A stretch of DNA of 64,000 nucleotides from Lama glama. Taxonomy: Eukaryota. Below, piece by piece: positions 39,401 to 52,296 of the stretch. Positions within the stretch are counted from its first letter, which is position 1, and each line of letters begins with the position of its first letter. The stretch covers positions 27,344,001-27,408,000 of the forward strand of contig CM052817.1 in assembly GCA_028534125.1 (NCBI GenBank), written 5' to 3'. A program made the translations under genes and the position numbers. A model generated the notes under the pieces. It was not told the origin of the DNA. It ran no database searches and saw nothing but the letters and a program-made list of their open reading frames with translations.

Positions 39401-40669
39401 TTCCTTTTCTTGCTTTTGGCCATTTCATTTTGGGTATTGCACTGGTGTGGTTGCCCTCACTGTGAATGGAAATAATTATTAATGAATGCAGACTGCTGTA
39501 GAATGATAAAGGCATAAGAAACAAGGGTGTCTGTGTGCACACCCATGTGATTTGGGGTGTTTACGCTAAGATTATAGGAACAGCTCTTCAGAAATTACTC
39601 TCTTCTCCATAAGTTGTTATGAAACTGAACGTGGGATCAGGTAACTTTTACCAAAAACCCCCAAATTTAATTTTTTGGGAACTGAAAGCAAGACATTTTT
39701 TTTCTTCGCTTAAATAGTCCTTTGTCCACCATCAGAATGCGTGAATGGACAGACTTTCAGGGCACAGGTAAGAACCTTCTCTTAAAATTCCCCTTTGATG
39801 AGGAGACAGTCATCTGTGGGAACTAAGTTTTGTTTTGTTTTGTTTTGTTTTTTTTAATGTGCTTAAAATATGCCCTTGTAATGTTCTAGTTTTTTTTTCT
39901 AATTTGACCTTTTTTCTTTGTTTTATCAGATACATTAAAACTTAAAATGCCTACATTAAAGAAAGTACAGCATTGTAGATCTAAGTAATCAGAAGGATAT
40001 AAAAGACTGTCAAAGAGAAAAAACTTGGTTTTTCAAGTTATGGAAGATCATTGGAGTCTGGTTTGGATTAAGGCTGCCAGTTTTCTAGGAATTGTGGTTT
40101 TTGTCAAATGCATGCGGAAGACACTGATTGGGGTTCTGGTTGGAGTTCTGGTTTGCTTTCAGAAAACTGCCGAAACACTCTTCGATGTTATTTGTGCAAA
40201 TGCATTAACACATCAGGGAAAGGGTCAGTGAGCGTGTGCTTCTATGTTGGGTGTTCATTACAGCCCATCACTCTGCACAGAAAGGCCCGAACAGTTCAAC
40301 CATTTGTGAATGACCGTAATACACAATGGTTTTTTTTAAGCTGCCTTCTCTAAACGTTGTGGGTTGCACCTAAGCCTTTTTGTGTTTATATTGAACAGAT
40401 TCTTTCTTTGTGGGTAACGTGTAGATTTTTTTTTTCATTTCTCCTCTGGGTTTTACTGCAAGTTTCGCATTCTTTAGGAATGTCAAGACTTTGCTTTCAC
40501 TTTCAGCAGTTAACGAATATTGCTAGTTGTATAATGACACTTCTCTTCCAGTACGAACGGCAAAAAAAGGTTTGGCGTCCCTGCATTTCACTTAGTTTTT
40601 ATTTCCAGCTTGGTGAGAGCGTTAACCTTCTGTCTTGTCAATCCTCTAATTTTGTATTTGGTCTTATAG

Positions 40670-40705
40670 ATACGGTCCGAGAACTCCTGTGTCTGATGAC
40701 GCAGA
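40670..40705 (+). CDS. LIMCH1: LIMCH1 36-nt micro-exon ((R)YGPRTPVSDDA-E), phase 2-2
   Basis: Acceptor tttgtatttggtcttatag, donor GA|gtaagt; peptide matches recalled LIMCH1 YGPRTPVSDDAE. Confidence 0.92.
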
Positions 40706-43700
40706 GTAAGTTGTCTTGTATTTGTGGGAATACGTTAATTGCTAGCCTAAACTGCATGCTTCCAGTACTTACCACTAATTGGAATGCAACAGTGGACTGA
40801 AGAGCTAACTGACTCGTGCAGCATCAGACAAGCACTTGAAGGTGGAATGCAGAGCATATGTTCTGTGCAGGAGAGATGAATGAAAAAGCCACTTACACAT
40901 GATTCTAATGTGCAGCTGCTGCTTAAAACTTAACATTTGCTTTTCATAGATGGGGAATGTTAAAGTTGTTCTTGTTAGGGTTTGGACATTGGACCCCTCT
41001 GAACCACCGAATTGTTTAAAGCCTGTTCTGTGCTTTGCGTTGAATTCATGATATGCGAAGGCTCACAGCTAACCGTGAAGCAGTCATTCTCATAGCCCCC
41101 TTTTTTTCAATTAAGAAAATAAATCCTAAATGAAGGATAGATTCAGAAGTCCAAGGTCCTCCCCCAGTTGGAGTACTGCAAACTGTGGGATGCCCGGGAC
41201 CAGAGCACTGGGGTTCCGTGCGCGCTCTGTGCATGGCAAGGGGCCAACACGTACGATGTGCCTTGGGCTGCCTCTCCTTGGTTTCCACTCCTCTCAGAGA
41301 TTCATTCCCCATCCCTGGCCTCACATCCAAATTTGAGAAGAATCCACCCTGTCCCACTTGTGGCCATGTTAACTCCATTACAAAAAGGGATTTCCCACAG
41401 GCAGAGCCTTCTGGGACTGATATCCAAGACAGAAGTTTTCTTTGCAGAATGCTACCTGGCTCAGATTTGAGTAATTGGTGTTTTAAGAAACATGGTTACT
41501 ATCTCATTCCAACACCAGTGGCCCGCTAACCCTGATGCCTTTCCTCTGAGAGAGGGATTTTATGGCCTCGTGGGAGCCTGGGCCATCATAAGAGTGAACA
41601 CCAGCATTCTCTCTGCTTGTCTTCTTGGCCTGAGCCACAGCTTCAAGTCACTGGGTGAGGAATCTAAATAACAGTATAGGACAGACAAATATCATCTCCA
41701 CCAATGACAATGAGATCAGGCCACAAGTTTACTGTTTTCAAATTGTGCTTTTTCCATGGTGTGTTCAAGATGGCAGCTTAGTCTGTCTTGGGGCTCGAAG
41801 CAGTCCGACACGGTGCCAAGGATATCAATTTCCGACGTGTGATCTACGATTGCTCTGTGGCCTGACACACAGAACATTCATGTCTCAAAACCTCAAATTC
41901 AGCCTGAGCTTGACTGACTGCACGGAGTTAAGTAGTCTATAAAACTGAGCCTTGGTTATTACCTTTAAAATCTACAGTGGCAATATTTAACATTCACTGA
42001 AAGGAGGATTATACAAGATTGATAGGCAGAACACTACTCTGATCTGGTGAGCAAAAACATTTTGATAGAATGGATTTACTCTTCATCATTGCAAAGCTGC
42101 CATGCAATTTGCCTAATACAGATCTCTGAAAAACCCTAAAAGCTACATCACGGAAAGAAAAGAAGCTACATTAAAAAGCTCTTAAATTTTGCCTGTACCT
42201 AAATATGAAGCCTCACCCACAGGAAAAGTCAATGTTTTTTTAAAAAGGGGTTGGGGTGGGAACTCCTCTAAATTACATAAAAGCAGCCTAATGGAGCAGG
42301 AAAAGTAAAAGGAGCTTCTTTCCCAGAGGTCTTATCTAGGAATATCCGAAGGGCTGAATTTCCTTCTTGGAGTGGATGCAATTCACATGAAGCCACGCGG
42401 GAAACAAAAGGCAAAGTCTAGTTCAGGAGTTTGGGTTTGGTTTTTTTTAAATAGAAATTTATGGTATGTTTTGTTTATTCACCCACGATCTCCCTTTTGG
42501 AAAATCTTTTAGGACAATTATTGGCACAGGCTCTATTTATTCATAATTGACACATTCTTAAAATACAGCCCAATCAAAAAAAGATGTGCCCTTTAAGGAA
42601 AATGCAGGTCAGGGGCAGACCTACCTCACAGGCAAACAGAAATTTCCGCCTCCTGGCAAGCCAAGAATGTTTCCATGCTTACTTTCACCTTCCTGCCCTT
42701 CTCTTCCCTTCTACACGCCTCCTCTCCCAATGGTCCCCACCACGGAGCCTGGACACCGTGAGAGCCAGAGGCCCTTTTAGTCTTAATTCCCTTCCCTTAG
42801 ACTTGATCCAGAAACCATTTCCAGGCTCCCCTGAAGGTAACTGAATCCTGCCCCTCAGAAATGCCAGCCCACCACGAGAGAGGCTCCTGGGCCCTGCAGC
42901 CCAAGGGCACGGCTGTTCGTGCTGAGAAGCACAGGTTTGGTGCAAGTCACGTTAATATTCTGGAACCTATACTTGTCCGGGATCCCCCACACCATCAATA
43001 TGCACTTCTTCACTTTGGAGGCTGAGTCCAACCTCTGAATTAGGGGACATTTTCTGAACGGGGACTCAGCCCCTTTTCTCGCTAGTATGATCACTTCTCA
43101 TCTTGCTTAGTTCCTTTTTTTGGAATGGCATAAAGATATTGCTTGCAGTTTTATTATTTCTCTTTTTGGCCAATTTTCTGGTGTTTCTTAAAAAAAAAAA
43201 CTCTAGGAAAAAATAGTACTTCCTGGTATTTGAGAGAGCAAACAAGAGTTTCTCTTTTTATTTCACTAACCAGCTTTTGGCCACAACGTTTAGGCTGACG
43301 TAGTTAGAGCTTCATAGTGGGAACAGAGCTAGGAACCTAGGACAGAAGAAGGCAATTGTGAAGGCTTTGCCCCGGTTTGAGTGCAATAACGAATTCCCAA
43401 ATCCCGGCACAGGCTGCCATCTCCTTCCTGGGGTCCCAGAAGAAGACCTTGCTCTATAGTCACCCACTGTGGCCTAAACCAAAATTCTGCCCTGTAAAAA
43501 TTATAGATGACAAAATTGAAGGAAGGGACCCCCTTTCTCTCCCACAGTCGGCCAACTATTTAGTAGATTACAAGAGAGACCCAGCTCGGAGGGGTTTATA
43601 TCCTCTAAGATCTTCACAAAGACTGTAAATTGCTTTAAAAGATGAACTAACTGAATTGGATATATTTAAAGGTGAGGGTTTTTTTTTTATTATTCTGAAA

Positions 43701-44796
43701 GGAAGAATGTGGTGAAGTTTGGTCTCTTTCTGGAAAGGTTTTTCAAGTGAATTTTAATCCATGAAGTTTAAAAACCATGGATTAGACTTTTCTACCTAGC
43801 TCTGCAAATTCCTAAATCTTCTTTAAACCACACAAATAAATAGCACAGAACAGGTGAAAGTCCTCGGCCCCTCCTCCCCTTTGAGGACTACAGTTCATCT
43901 CTCAGGAAGGCACAGCTTTCACAGTCAACACTGTCCCCTGACTGGGTGGACAGCTCCACACGGTGGTTTACCATATTCATGCAAACAGAAGCCTCAGATC
44001 AAAGAAAGTCCTCCTACACAGTTAGATTATTAGAATGCCCTTGAGGAAAACAGATTACAAATACGGTTTTCAGTTTTAGCTTTCTTAGGTCAGACTAATT
44101 ATCCAACATCTAGGGAGAGAGGAGAGGCCCCACACATCCATGCAGGTTCCTCTGAGCAGACTGTAGTGAGTGTGGGCAGCCATTGCTCTGGGGGCCATCT
44201 TCTCCTTCCAGAGAGCTGCCTGCTCAGGAACCCTCTGGTGTCCAGGGGTGCTGCTGCTGTGCATTGTCTGGCCGTGGGGATAACTATTTCAGACATAACT
44301 GATGATGTCTGGAACCAGTTGGTGTCCAAGTGCATGGCTTTACTTTTTCTTTGTATTCAGCTGGCTTTAAAAATGGACTGTCACGTTCTTGTGTTCTTAA
44401 AGGGCCCTCCACTTGATTTGGGGCTCTTTGTAACCCATTTGGTGTCAGAGCTAGTCATTTCTTTGAGAGAGGAAAAAAAAAGAGAACATTTTGCTTTGGT
44501 TTTTATTTCTGTTTTTATCTTGTTGCCTCAGCTTTTGCTGACAAAGATCTATATAAGCATCACAGAAAAGGCCGTATGGTCTTGTCCAACATTTAATAAG
44601 CTCCTGTGGAATGTATCAATTATATGTACAGCTGAAGGGTTTTAAAAATGTGCTTTCCCAATCCTTTTGCATTTAAAAGAGTAAATTCAGAGGTATCCTG
44701 ACCAAAAAAAAAAAAAAAGTGAAATAATTCTAAGAATTTTAGGATAGAAAGTATATACTGATTTATATATTCTGTCCCTTACTCGTACCATAAAGT

Positions 44797-44965
44797 ACCT
44801 TACTTTCTTGATTCCAAGATGCCATCAACGCACTATCAATTTACAGACAGTTGTATAGCACAGAGAAATAAACCATATCAGACACATGCATCATTAATGC
44901 GTAGTTGTTGGATGCATCCAAAATTCAGAAAATACAATATGAAAAGATGGTGCCTTATACTTGAG
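44797..44965. mobile_element. Possible TcMar MITE remnant (MER104-like)
   Basis: ttcttgattccaagatgccatc...ggatgcatccaaaattcagaaaatacaatatgaaaagatggtgccttatacttga shows degenerate inverted ends. Confidence 0.35.
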
Positions 44966-45419
44966 GCTGTTCTGTTTTTTTTGAAAATGGAGCAATTGCC
45001 TCAGTTAATGGAGAAAGCATTTAAGCTATCTTCACACAAAGAAGCATTTACTGCAGTAAAGTTTCATTTCCAGGGATGCCATCTTCCTTCCCCGCAAATT
45101 CTCCCCAAGTTACACATCGTAACTCTCTTCATTTTATTTTCTAATACATTCACAAATGAGAGGAGCCCAGAGCTTCAAATACCTTTTCCTAGCCCTTTAC
45201 TTTAAACATGTTTTTGGCTCAGCATATAAATTAAATTGACCTGATTCAGCCATCCCTGAAGACAAAGATGGCCACATTTTGGCTTTTGTGGCAAAAGGAG
45301 AAGAGGTGACAATGCTAGCATGCCCGCTGCCGGCTGAGGGATGGAGCCCACTGCAAACCACGCTGCTGCCTTGAGCTGCGGGGGGGGGGGGGGGGGCCGG
45401 GGCAGTTTTCCAAAGGCGG

Positions 45420-45437
45420 TAGCGCCCCCGCGCGGCG
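45420..45437 (-). promoter_or_regulatory. Candidate CTCF site
   Basis: Reverse strand CGCCGCGCGGGGGCGCTA fits the CCGCGNGGNGGCRS core and lies in a CpG-rich patch. Confidence 0.6.
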
Positions 45438-45512
45438 GAACGCCCCAAACGCTCAGAGGCGTGAGGGGCGCTGACCCCCATCCACTGCTGTCTCTGCTCT
45501 CTCCACACTCAG

Positions 45513-45639
45513 GAGCACGAGTATGTTTGACATGCGGTGTGAGGAGGAGGCCGCGGTGCAGCCGCACAGCAGGGCCCGCCAGGAGCAGCTGCAGCTGATA
45601 AATAACCAGCTGCGGGAAGAGGATGACAAATGGCAAGAT
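45513..45639 (+). CDS. LIMCH1: LIMCH1 exon ([18 protein letters not shown]...REEDDKWQD), 127 nt, phase 2-0
   Basis: Acceptor ctctccacactcag, donor GAT|gtgagt. Confidence 0.97.
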
Positions 45640-45898
45640 GTGAGTGCGGGCCAAGGCTGTGGGCAGTGGGGAGACCGCTCCAACTGAGGGGCTAGAGGCC
45701 CTTTGGAGCAGAAAAGCAGGCGGGGTGGGCAGACTTGGACTTGAAAGCCAGGCAGAGGAAGGGGGCCCCTAGAGGAGTTCAAACAGTGACAAAGTGAATA
45801 TGGGGATTAAAGAAAGTACCCTTGCTAGAAGTTTGACCACAAAAAAGAGGGGAGCAGAAGGGAGGCATGTGGGTGGAATGCAGAATTAAGGATGCACT

Positions 45899-46036
45899 AG
45901 AGGGAGGGGATAGCTCAGTGGTAGAGTGCGTACTTAGCATGCACGAGGTCGTGGGTTCAATCCCCAGTACCTCCATTAAAAATAAATAAATAAACTCAAT
46001 TGTGTCCCCTACCACCTCAAAAAAAGAAGAAGAAAA
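45899..46036 (+). mobile_element. tRNA-derived SINE (camelid Vic-1-like) with 18-bp target-site duplication
   Basis: A box tagctcagtggtagag, B box ggttcaatccc, tail aaataaataaataaac...A-rich. Exact flanking repeat cagaattaaggatgcact at 45881-45898 and 46037-46054. Confidence 0.92.
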
Positions 46037-46084
46037 CAGAATTAAGGATGCACTGTCTTTTGAGATTCTATATTTGAAACTGAT

Positions 46085-46280
46085 AATGATGATGATGACA
46101 ACAGTAATTGCCGACACTGAAAGCGAACCAGTCACAGGTACTCTTCTAAGGGATTCTTTAATCTCTTAGCAACTCAGTGAACTAGGAACTGTCATTCTCA
46201 GTTCCACAGATAAGGCCCAGAAGAGCTGAGTAACTTGTCCAAAGTCACACAGCTATTAAGTGAGAGAGCCAGGATTATAA
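46085..46280 (-). mobile_element. MIR SINE
   Basis: cacagataaggcccagaagagctgagtaacttgtccaaagtcacacagctattaagtgagagagccaggatt. Confidence 0.75.
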
Positions 46281-46499
46281 CCAGGGAAGGAAGCCTCCAG
46301 GGCCTGATGGGGGCCTTGGGTTTGTCTGTGTGCTAAGAGCAAAGAGCCTGGCCAGGGACAGAGCTTGAAAAGGGGCTGAGGGGCAGGAGAGTGGATTATT
46401 TCCTTGCGTCCTCACAGAGCACTCTGAGGTAGCTACAGCACATTTGACTCTACTTTTAGTCAAGGTTAACTTCTCCAAAGTCGACAACACGCGGTAATA

Positions 46500-46725
46500 A
46501 TTATGTCTGCAGTCTACTGAGCCTGACACCTTATGTGCGCTGCCTCATTTAACCCTCACGACAGGCTTGCAAGAGTAGGTATTATTATCATCTCTGCTTT
46601 AGAGTTGAGGACACTGGGGCGCAGAGCAGTGAGGGACGTGCCTGAGATTCCAGAGCGGGGAAGAGGCAGAGCTACACCTATTTCCCCGAGCCGCAGCCCC
46701 ACCCATCTGACTCCAGAATCCTAGC
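46500..46725 (-). mobile_element. MIR SINE
   Basis: ctcatttaaccctcacgacag...gtaggtattattatcatctctgctttagagttgaggacactggggcgcagag...ctgactccagaatcc. Confidence 0.7.
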
Positions 46726-47242
46726 TTTTGTCATTATGCTGTAACAGCCGGTAGAATTTGTGGTGAGCTTGCAGTAAGGATCAGGTGACTTAATATGTAT
46801 AGAATCGTACATTCTGTAAAACCCCAAAGCCCATTTTTTTCCTGCCTTTTCCTCCTTCCCTGAGGGAATTGGATAGGTCTGCGGTTAAGCCCTACCATTC
46901 TGTCCTTAGCAAGCTCATTCACAACACAGACGTCATAAATAGCAAGAAATGAAATTTCTTACAATACCCCGTGAGGCATTACTTGAAAATTTGGTGACCG
47001 ACATGGAATACGATCTCGGATTTTACATTCCATGTTTAAATAAATGTACTGACCTGTTGTGGATAATGTAGGTGGAGCTGAAGGTTTCCTGCCTTCGGGG
47101 TATTCCTGTTCCCACCGGCCTTACACTGGGCTGTGGGAGTGCCCCAGCCTGGCCGGTAGTCAGGGCTCACTTAACTCTGAAGAGGAGAAATGATGAGGGA
47201 GCCTGAAGGAGAATGTCCTGTCTCCCTCCCCCACCCCCGCAG

Positions 47243-47400
47243 GACCTGGCTCGTTGGAAGAGCCGCAGAAGAAGCGCTTCTCAGGACTTAATCAAGAAAG
47301 AGGAAGAAAGGAAAAAAATGGAGAAGTTACTGGCTGGAGAGGATAGGATGAGTGAACGAAGGAAAAGCATCAAAACCTACAGAGAAATTGTCCAAGAAAA
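47243..47400 (+). CDS. LIMCH1: LIMCH1 exon ([28 protein letters not shown]...TYREIVQE-K), 158 nt, phase 0-2
   Basis: Acceptor cccccacccccgcag, donor AA|gtaggt; coiled-coil/DUF4757-type region. Confidence 0.97.
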
Positions 47401-47601
47401 GTAGGTTCTTTCTGTTATTGTCATTGTCTGATGTACAGTATTATCTCGATGCGCTTTTTCTAAAAATTGTTGGCTCTGACACCAATATTATACCCCCTGT
47501 TCAATCCCTTCGCCTCTGCCTTGGTTCCTGCCAAGGTCTCCTTTGCCGTCTCTGTGACCGTTGACTTTGTTCTTGCTTCCCCTCCCGGGCCCATCCTTTA
47601 G

Positions 47602-48010
47602 AGAGCGGAGAGAGAGGGAGCTGCATGAGGCATATCAGAATGCACGGTCCCAGGAGGAGGCAGAAGGGATCCTTCAGCAGTACATCGAGAGGTTCACCAT
47701 CAGCGAGGCTGTTCTTGAACGCTTGGAGATGCCAAAAATTCTGGAAAGAAGCCATTCGACAGAGCCAAACTTATCCTCCTACCTGAACGACCCCAACCCC
47801 ATGAAATACCTGCGCCAACAGTCACTGCCTCCACCCAAATACACTGCCACTGTGGAGACCACCATCGCGCGTCCCAGCGCTCTGGAGGCCAGCACATCAG
47901 CGAGCAGTGGGTCTCCAAGCAGAACTGTCACTCCCAAAGCAGTGCCTATGCTGACACCCAAGCCTTACTCCCAGCCCAAAAACTCTCAAGAGGTTCTGAA
48001 GACCTTCAAG
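47602..48010 (+). CDS. LIMCH1: LIMCH1 exon ([11 protein letters not shown]...SQEVLKTFK), 409 nt, phase 2-0
   Basis: Acceptor cccatcctttag, donor AAG|gtagga; inside ORF 47561..48058. Confidence 0.97.
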
Positions 48011-51000
48011 GTAGGATTAAGTCCCTTAAGGGTAGAACCAGAACTGAACTCCAGGTAGTCGATGGATAGAAGCATCTTGCCTCAAGAAGATGCCATTGTT
48101 TTTATCAAACGAAAGCAAAACGTGTTCACAAGTACAGTTGTGAAGTTTACGTGCCTCTGAGATTTGGTTGGCAGGTGATTCAGGGATAGATGACTGCCCT
48201 CCATTCCTGTTGTTTATACTGGTGAACTCTGACAAGACTGGTGGTTGAGTCATCTCATTGGTGGTTGAGCAAGGTCTAGTTCATGGTCTATTTCATGCTT
48301 TGATATGATGGCATGGTTTCCCTAGTAGTGGTAACAAACCCTAGTTTAGTAACACCATAAGTATGTCCAGCTATCTAGAGCTATTGCAGGTTCCTCAAAA
48401 CAAAATTTTAATTGCCTTCGGCTTAAATAGAAATATATACAGCTGCCTCTCTTTTAGGAAAAAGCTGACATCATAGCCAAAAAGATGCTACAATTTGAAA
48501 AATAATAATACAAGGAACAGGTGGGATGTCTTTGGTCCTCAGATGAGACAGACTTTTAAATTTTTTTAAGTGTAAAGAAACTACATTGGTGGTTTTGGGG
48601 GGTTTTTTGGTGGTGTTTTTTTTTTTTGCCAATGAATATGTAAAATAATGTTCCAGAACCAAAGAATCTATGACAGCCAAACATCTTTTTACTTCCTCAA
48701 ATCCTAGTCTTTTCTCTCACATAAGGAGGAAGCACTCATCCTTTGTCTTAAGCTATGTTGACTACAAAGAAAAATCATTTCTCCTCGTCCCTGCACACCA
48801 TATGGGTCCCTAATAGAAGACAGAGGTGGCATTCATCAGTAGCAGACACGGACATGTGACTATGAAGAAAGTTTGCTTAACTAAACGAATCGAGACGTGT
48901 GATGTCCTGTATCTTCCTGTTGAACTTCAGAGGGAAGCAAACCACACATTTTGACTTTTGCTTAAGTCACTTTAAATGTATCTTAAAAATCTGTGCCTTA
49001 GGCTTTGATAGAACAAAAGGAAAGTGTCCTGGCTGTCTCATCTAGGTTCAATTAGAATGTCTGTCCCTTGAGGGGCAGGGGCTGTGTCTTTGTTGTCCAG
49101 GAATTTATCCTGAGAGCCTGGTGCAGGTGCCCAGGCGCTCAGCAAGTGTCTGTTGACTAAATGCACTAGTTTTTCCTGAGAAGATGAGTCCCTTGTCACG
49201 CAGACCCACGCACACACAGTTATGCATGTGATCATGTGTGCTCAGAAGCCCTCCTTCACCTGTGCCCATGGCGCTGAGCCACCTGTGACAGTTCATGAAA
49301 GCAGATTAGATGTGGAGGTGGCCCAGAACAGGAGTAGGCAATCCATTTACCTTGCTTGATATCTGAGGCATCTGATTGGTTAACCTGGATGTCCACTCTT
49401 TTCCTTTACAAAACTGTACAATGTGATTCTTGACGCAGAAGAATTAGGACAGATGACTTCATAGTGAGACTTTGGCCCTGAGAAAACCCAGTCCCTTGCC
49501 CTTGCGGCAAGACAGTGTAGCGGCCTCAGGAAGAGCGTTCATGGAGCGCTGGGTTGAGGAACTTGGGTAGAGATCCTTCTAGAGCTGGGGTTCACCAGTG
49601 AGCCCTCAACACGTGATAGGTGTTGACGGCTGTCAGCCCGCCTCACAGCCCCATCACTGAGCGGGCGGACCCGCTAGCGGTCAAAGGTAACGTGTAAATG
49701 AAACAGTTGTTAGCACGTAACTCCGGGACTGAAGCTAAGAGGAGTGTGTGTGTGTGTCTGTGTGTGTTTTCTTGTGGGGAGGAGGAGGGCATGGGAGGCA
49801 GGGAATACAGGCTCAGTTTCTTAGTAAAACAGATTTAAGAGTAAAGGAAGAGCAAGTGAAATGGTTTAAGGTAGTGTTTTCAAACTGAGAGTTGCCACCT
49901 ATTGCTAGGTTATAAATCAACTTAGTGATTTGGAATCAGCGTTCTTTTTTTAAAAAAATGAAGTAGAACAGAATACATTTTAAAAAACCAGCCTAGTATA
50001 GCCTAGTATTTACATAATAAAGGTAAATATTATTTTTGCAAAACTCCTATTTCTGTTTTATGTGTGTGCACTCAGTGGTGATTTAAATTTTATGGATCAC
50101 AGGCCATAGACTAAACAAGCCACTGACTTGAGGTAGCTAAACTGTAATATCTGGCCTTCTGTTGTTCTTTTTAAAAGATTTTAGAAGATTTAATAATTAG
50201 AATAGCTAATATTTGTGTACTTAAAATGTGCCAGATGCTGTTCTAAATTCTGTACATATATTAATCCATAAAATCACCGTAACTGCACTATTAGGGCGAT
50301 GCTGTTATTATTGTCAAGATGAGGAAACCGAGGTTGAAGATTATGTGGCGTCAAGTGGTTGAGCTACAACTGGCCTCGGCTGGACTCAGGGACTCGGTCT
50401 TAGACCATCTGCCCGCAGAGCGTCCTCTCGTAACCGCTCGGCATATGGTCGGACTTTAGGACAGAGACTTCTAGATGCCTCTCAATGAGTCAGACTAACC
50501 ACCCTCACTGCTCCTTTCCTGCTCCCAGCACCCTCCCTAGATGTGGGTGCAAAACAGAAATATTTTAATGTGTATGGCCTTTTTTTCTTGAAAAAACCAT
50601 GATTGTCAAATTAACGGGAACTAGGGATTTGCTGTAACATAGCATAGTGGCAGGCTCCCTGCCCTCTGTGATAGCTTCGGAACAGTTCCCACTGCCCCGA
50701 CCATGACAGGATAACCTGTAACTGTAACCTGATCTGAGATGAGTTCCACCTACTTTGTAGGCTAATCAGAAAGAAAATCTCAAAATTGTGGAATAGCAAT
50801 CAGAATGTAAACGAAAAATTAGTAGAACCCAAATACATGACGTGTATTTATACTTAAGATCCCCTGACTTTCTATACTTCAGAGTATAAGCAGACCCTCA
50901 GTCAGGTGAGTAAGGTGAAGCCACCTGAAAAGGCAGACCAGCTTCTAAAGAAGCCCTCAAGGATGGCGTTTAGAGGGGCCCTGATTTCTAAAACTGACAT

Positions 51001-51130
51001 ATAAGAGACCTTATTCTTTGTTGGACTATGATTATTAAGTGATAATGATGTAAGGTGATTCTGAATGTGTTATTTTGTTATAGCCTTTCGTTGGGAAATA
51101 GCATATTTTTGTTCATTCCGGTTTTTATAG

Positions 51131-51349
51131 GTAGATGGGAAAGTCAGCATGAACGGAGAGACGGTTCCTGGTGATGAGGAGGAGAAGGAAAGAGAGGGTC
51201 CCACGGTAGCACCCGCCCCCTCGTTGACCAAATCCCAGATGTTTGAAGGTGTGGCCAGAGTGCATGGGTCCCCCGTGGAGCTGAAACAAGACAACAGTGG
51301 CATTGAGATCAACATAAAGAAGCCAAGTTCTGTTCCCCAAGAATTGACG
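51131..51349 (+). CDS. LIMCH1: LIMCH1 exon ([10 protein letters not shown]...[12 protein letters not shown]), 219 nt, phase 0-0
   Basis: Acceptor ggtttttatag, donor ACG|gtaaga. Confidence 0.96.
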
Positions 51350-51453
51350 GTAAGAAGCAAACTATTTTTCCCTCTTTGGGATAATTCCCATGTGAAAGAA
51401 TCTGTTTAGGAAAATGAATAGGTCCTGATCATGACCGTCTCTTTCTTGGTGGG

Positions 51454-51923
51454 TGTATTAGTTTTCTAGAGCTGCCGTGACAAAGTGCCACAACTGAGTG
51501 GCTGAAGGGACAGAAGTAATTGTCTCATAGTCCTGCTGGCTGGAAGTCCAAAGTCGAGGTGTGGTCAGGGTTGGTTCCTTCTGTTGTCGGTGAGGGAGAA
51601 TCTGCTCCGCGCTCCTCTCCCAGCTTCTGGTGGTTTGCTGGCCATCCCTGGCCTTCCGTGCCTTGGAGATGCACTGCCCCAGCCTTGCCTTCGTCTGCAC
51701 AGGACACTCTCCCTGGGTGTTGTCTGTGTGTCCAGATCGCCCCTTCTCACAAGGACACAGTCACAGTGGATTAGGGGCCCACTCTGCCGCAGTATGGCCT
51801 CACCCTAACTTAACTTAATTACATCTGCAAAAATCCTATTTCCAGATAAGGCCGCATTCCGAGGTGCTAGAGGTTAGGACTGCAACATATAAATTTAGGG
51901 GAGGACACAGTTCAGCCTGAACA
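51454..51923 (-). mobile_element. MaLR solo LTR (MLT1B/C-like)
   Basis: tgtattagttttctagagctgccgtgacaaagtgccaca...ggctggaagtccaaagtcgaggtgtggtcaggg...ttacatctgcaaaaatcctatttccagataagg...gacacagttcagcctgaaca. Confidence 0.85.
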
Positions 51924-52296
51924 GAGAAGTATAACAGTAACATCAACTATGGATGAAAAACTCTTTCTTGTCTCCACGTGATTGCCCTCTAGTGTTACAG
52001 AGAAATGAATGAATCTCTGAATTCATTTTCCATGTATTCAGGACCCCGTTAGACTTGTTAGAACAATTTGAAAATAACTGATGCCGTGAGATCCTGACCA
52101 TATGTGTAGAAGGGCATCTTTCTTATTAGTTTAAAAAAACTCACTAAGAATCAAATTAAGTTTGTATTAGCTTTGCCCCTGAAATCCAGAGTAATTGGGA
52201 GCACTGTTGAATGGCCAAGCTGAAAAATGTAGGGTAATTCAAGAATAGTGGAAGAGAGGATTCAAAATAACATTATGTTTGCCTCTATGGAGATTA

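Noticed and set aside
44166..44645. 159-aa hydrophobic plus-strand ORF
   Set aside because: Hydrophobicity reflects T-rich intron sequence; no recognisable family or fitting splice phases.
45903..45975. Apparent tRNA gene
   Set aside because: It continues into an A-rich tail and is flanked by an 18-bp TSD, so it is a tRNA-derived SINE rather than a tRNA gene.
49620..49730. Small CpG-enriched patch with palindrome ccgctagcgg
   Set aside because: Too short for a CpG island and no convincing motif or RNA structure.
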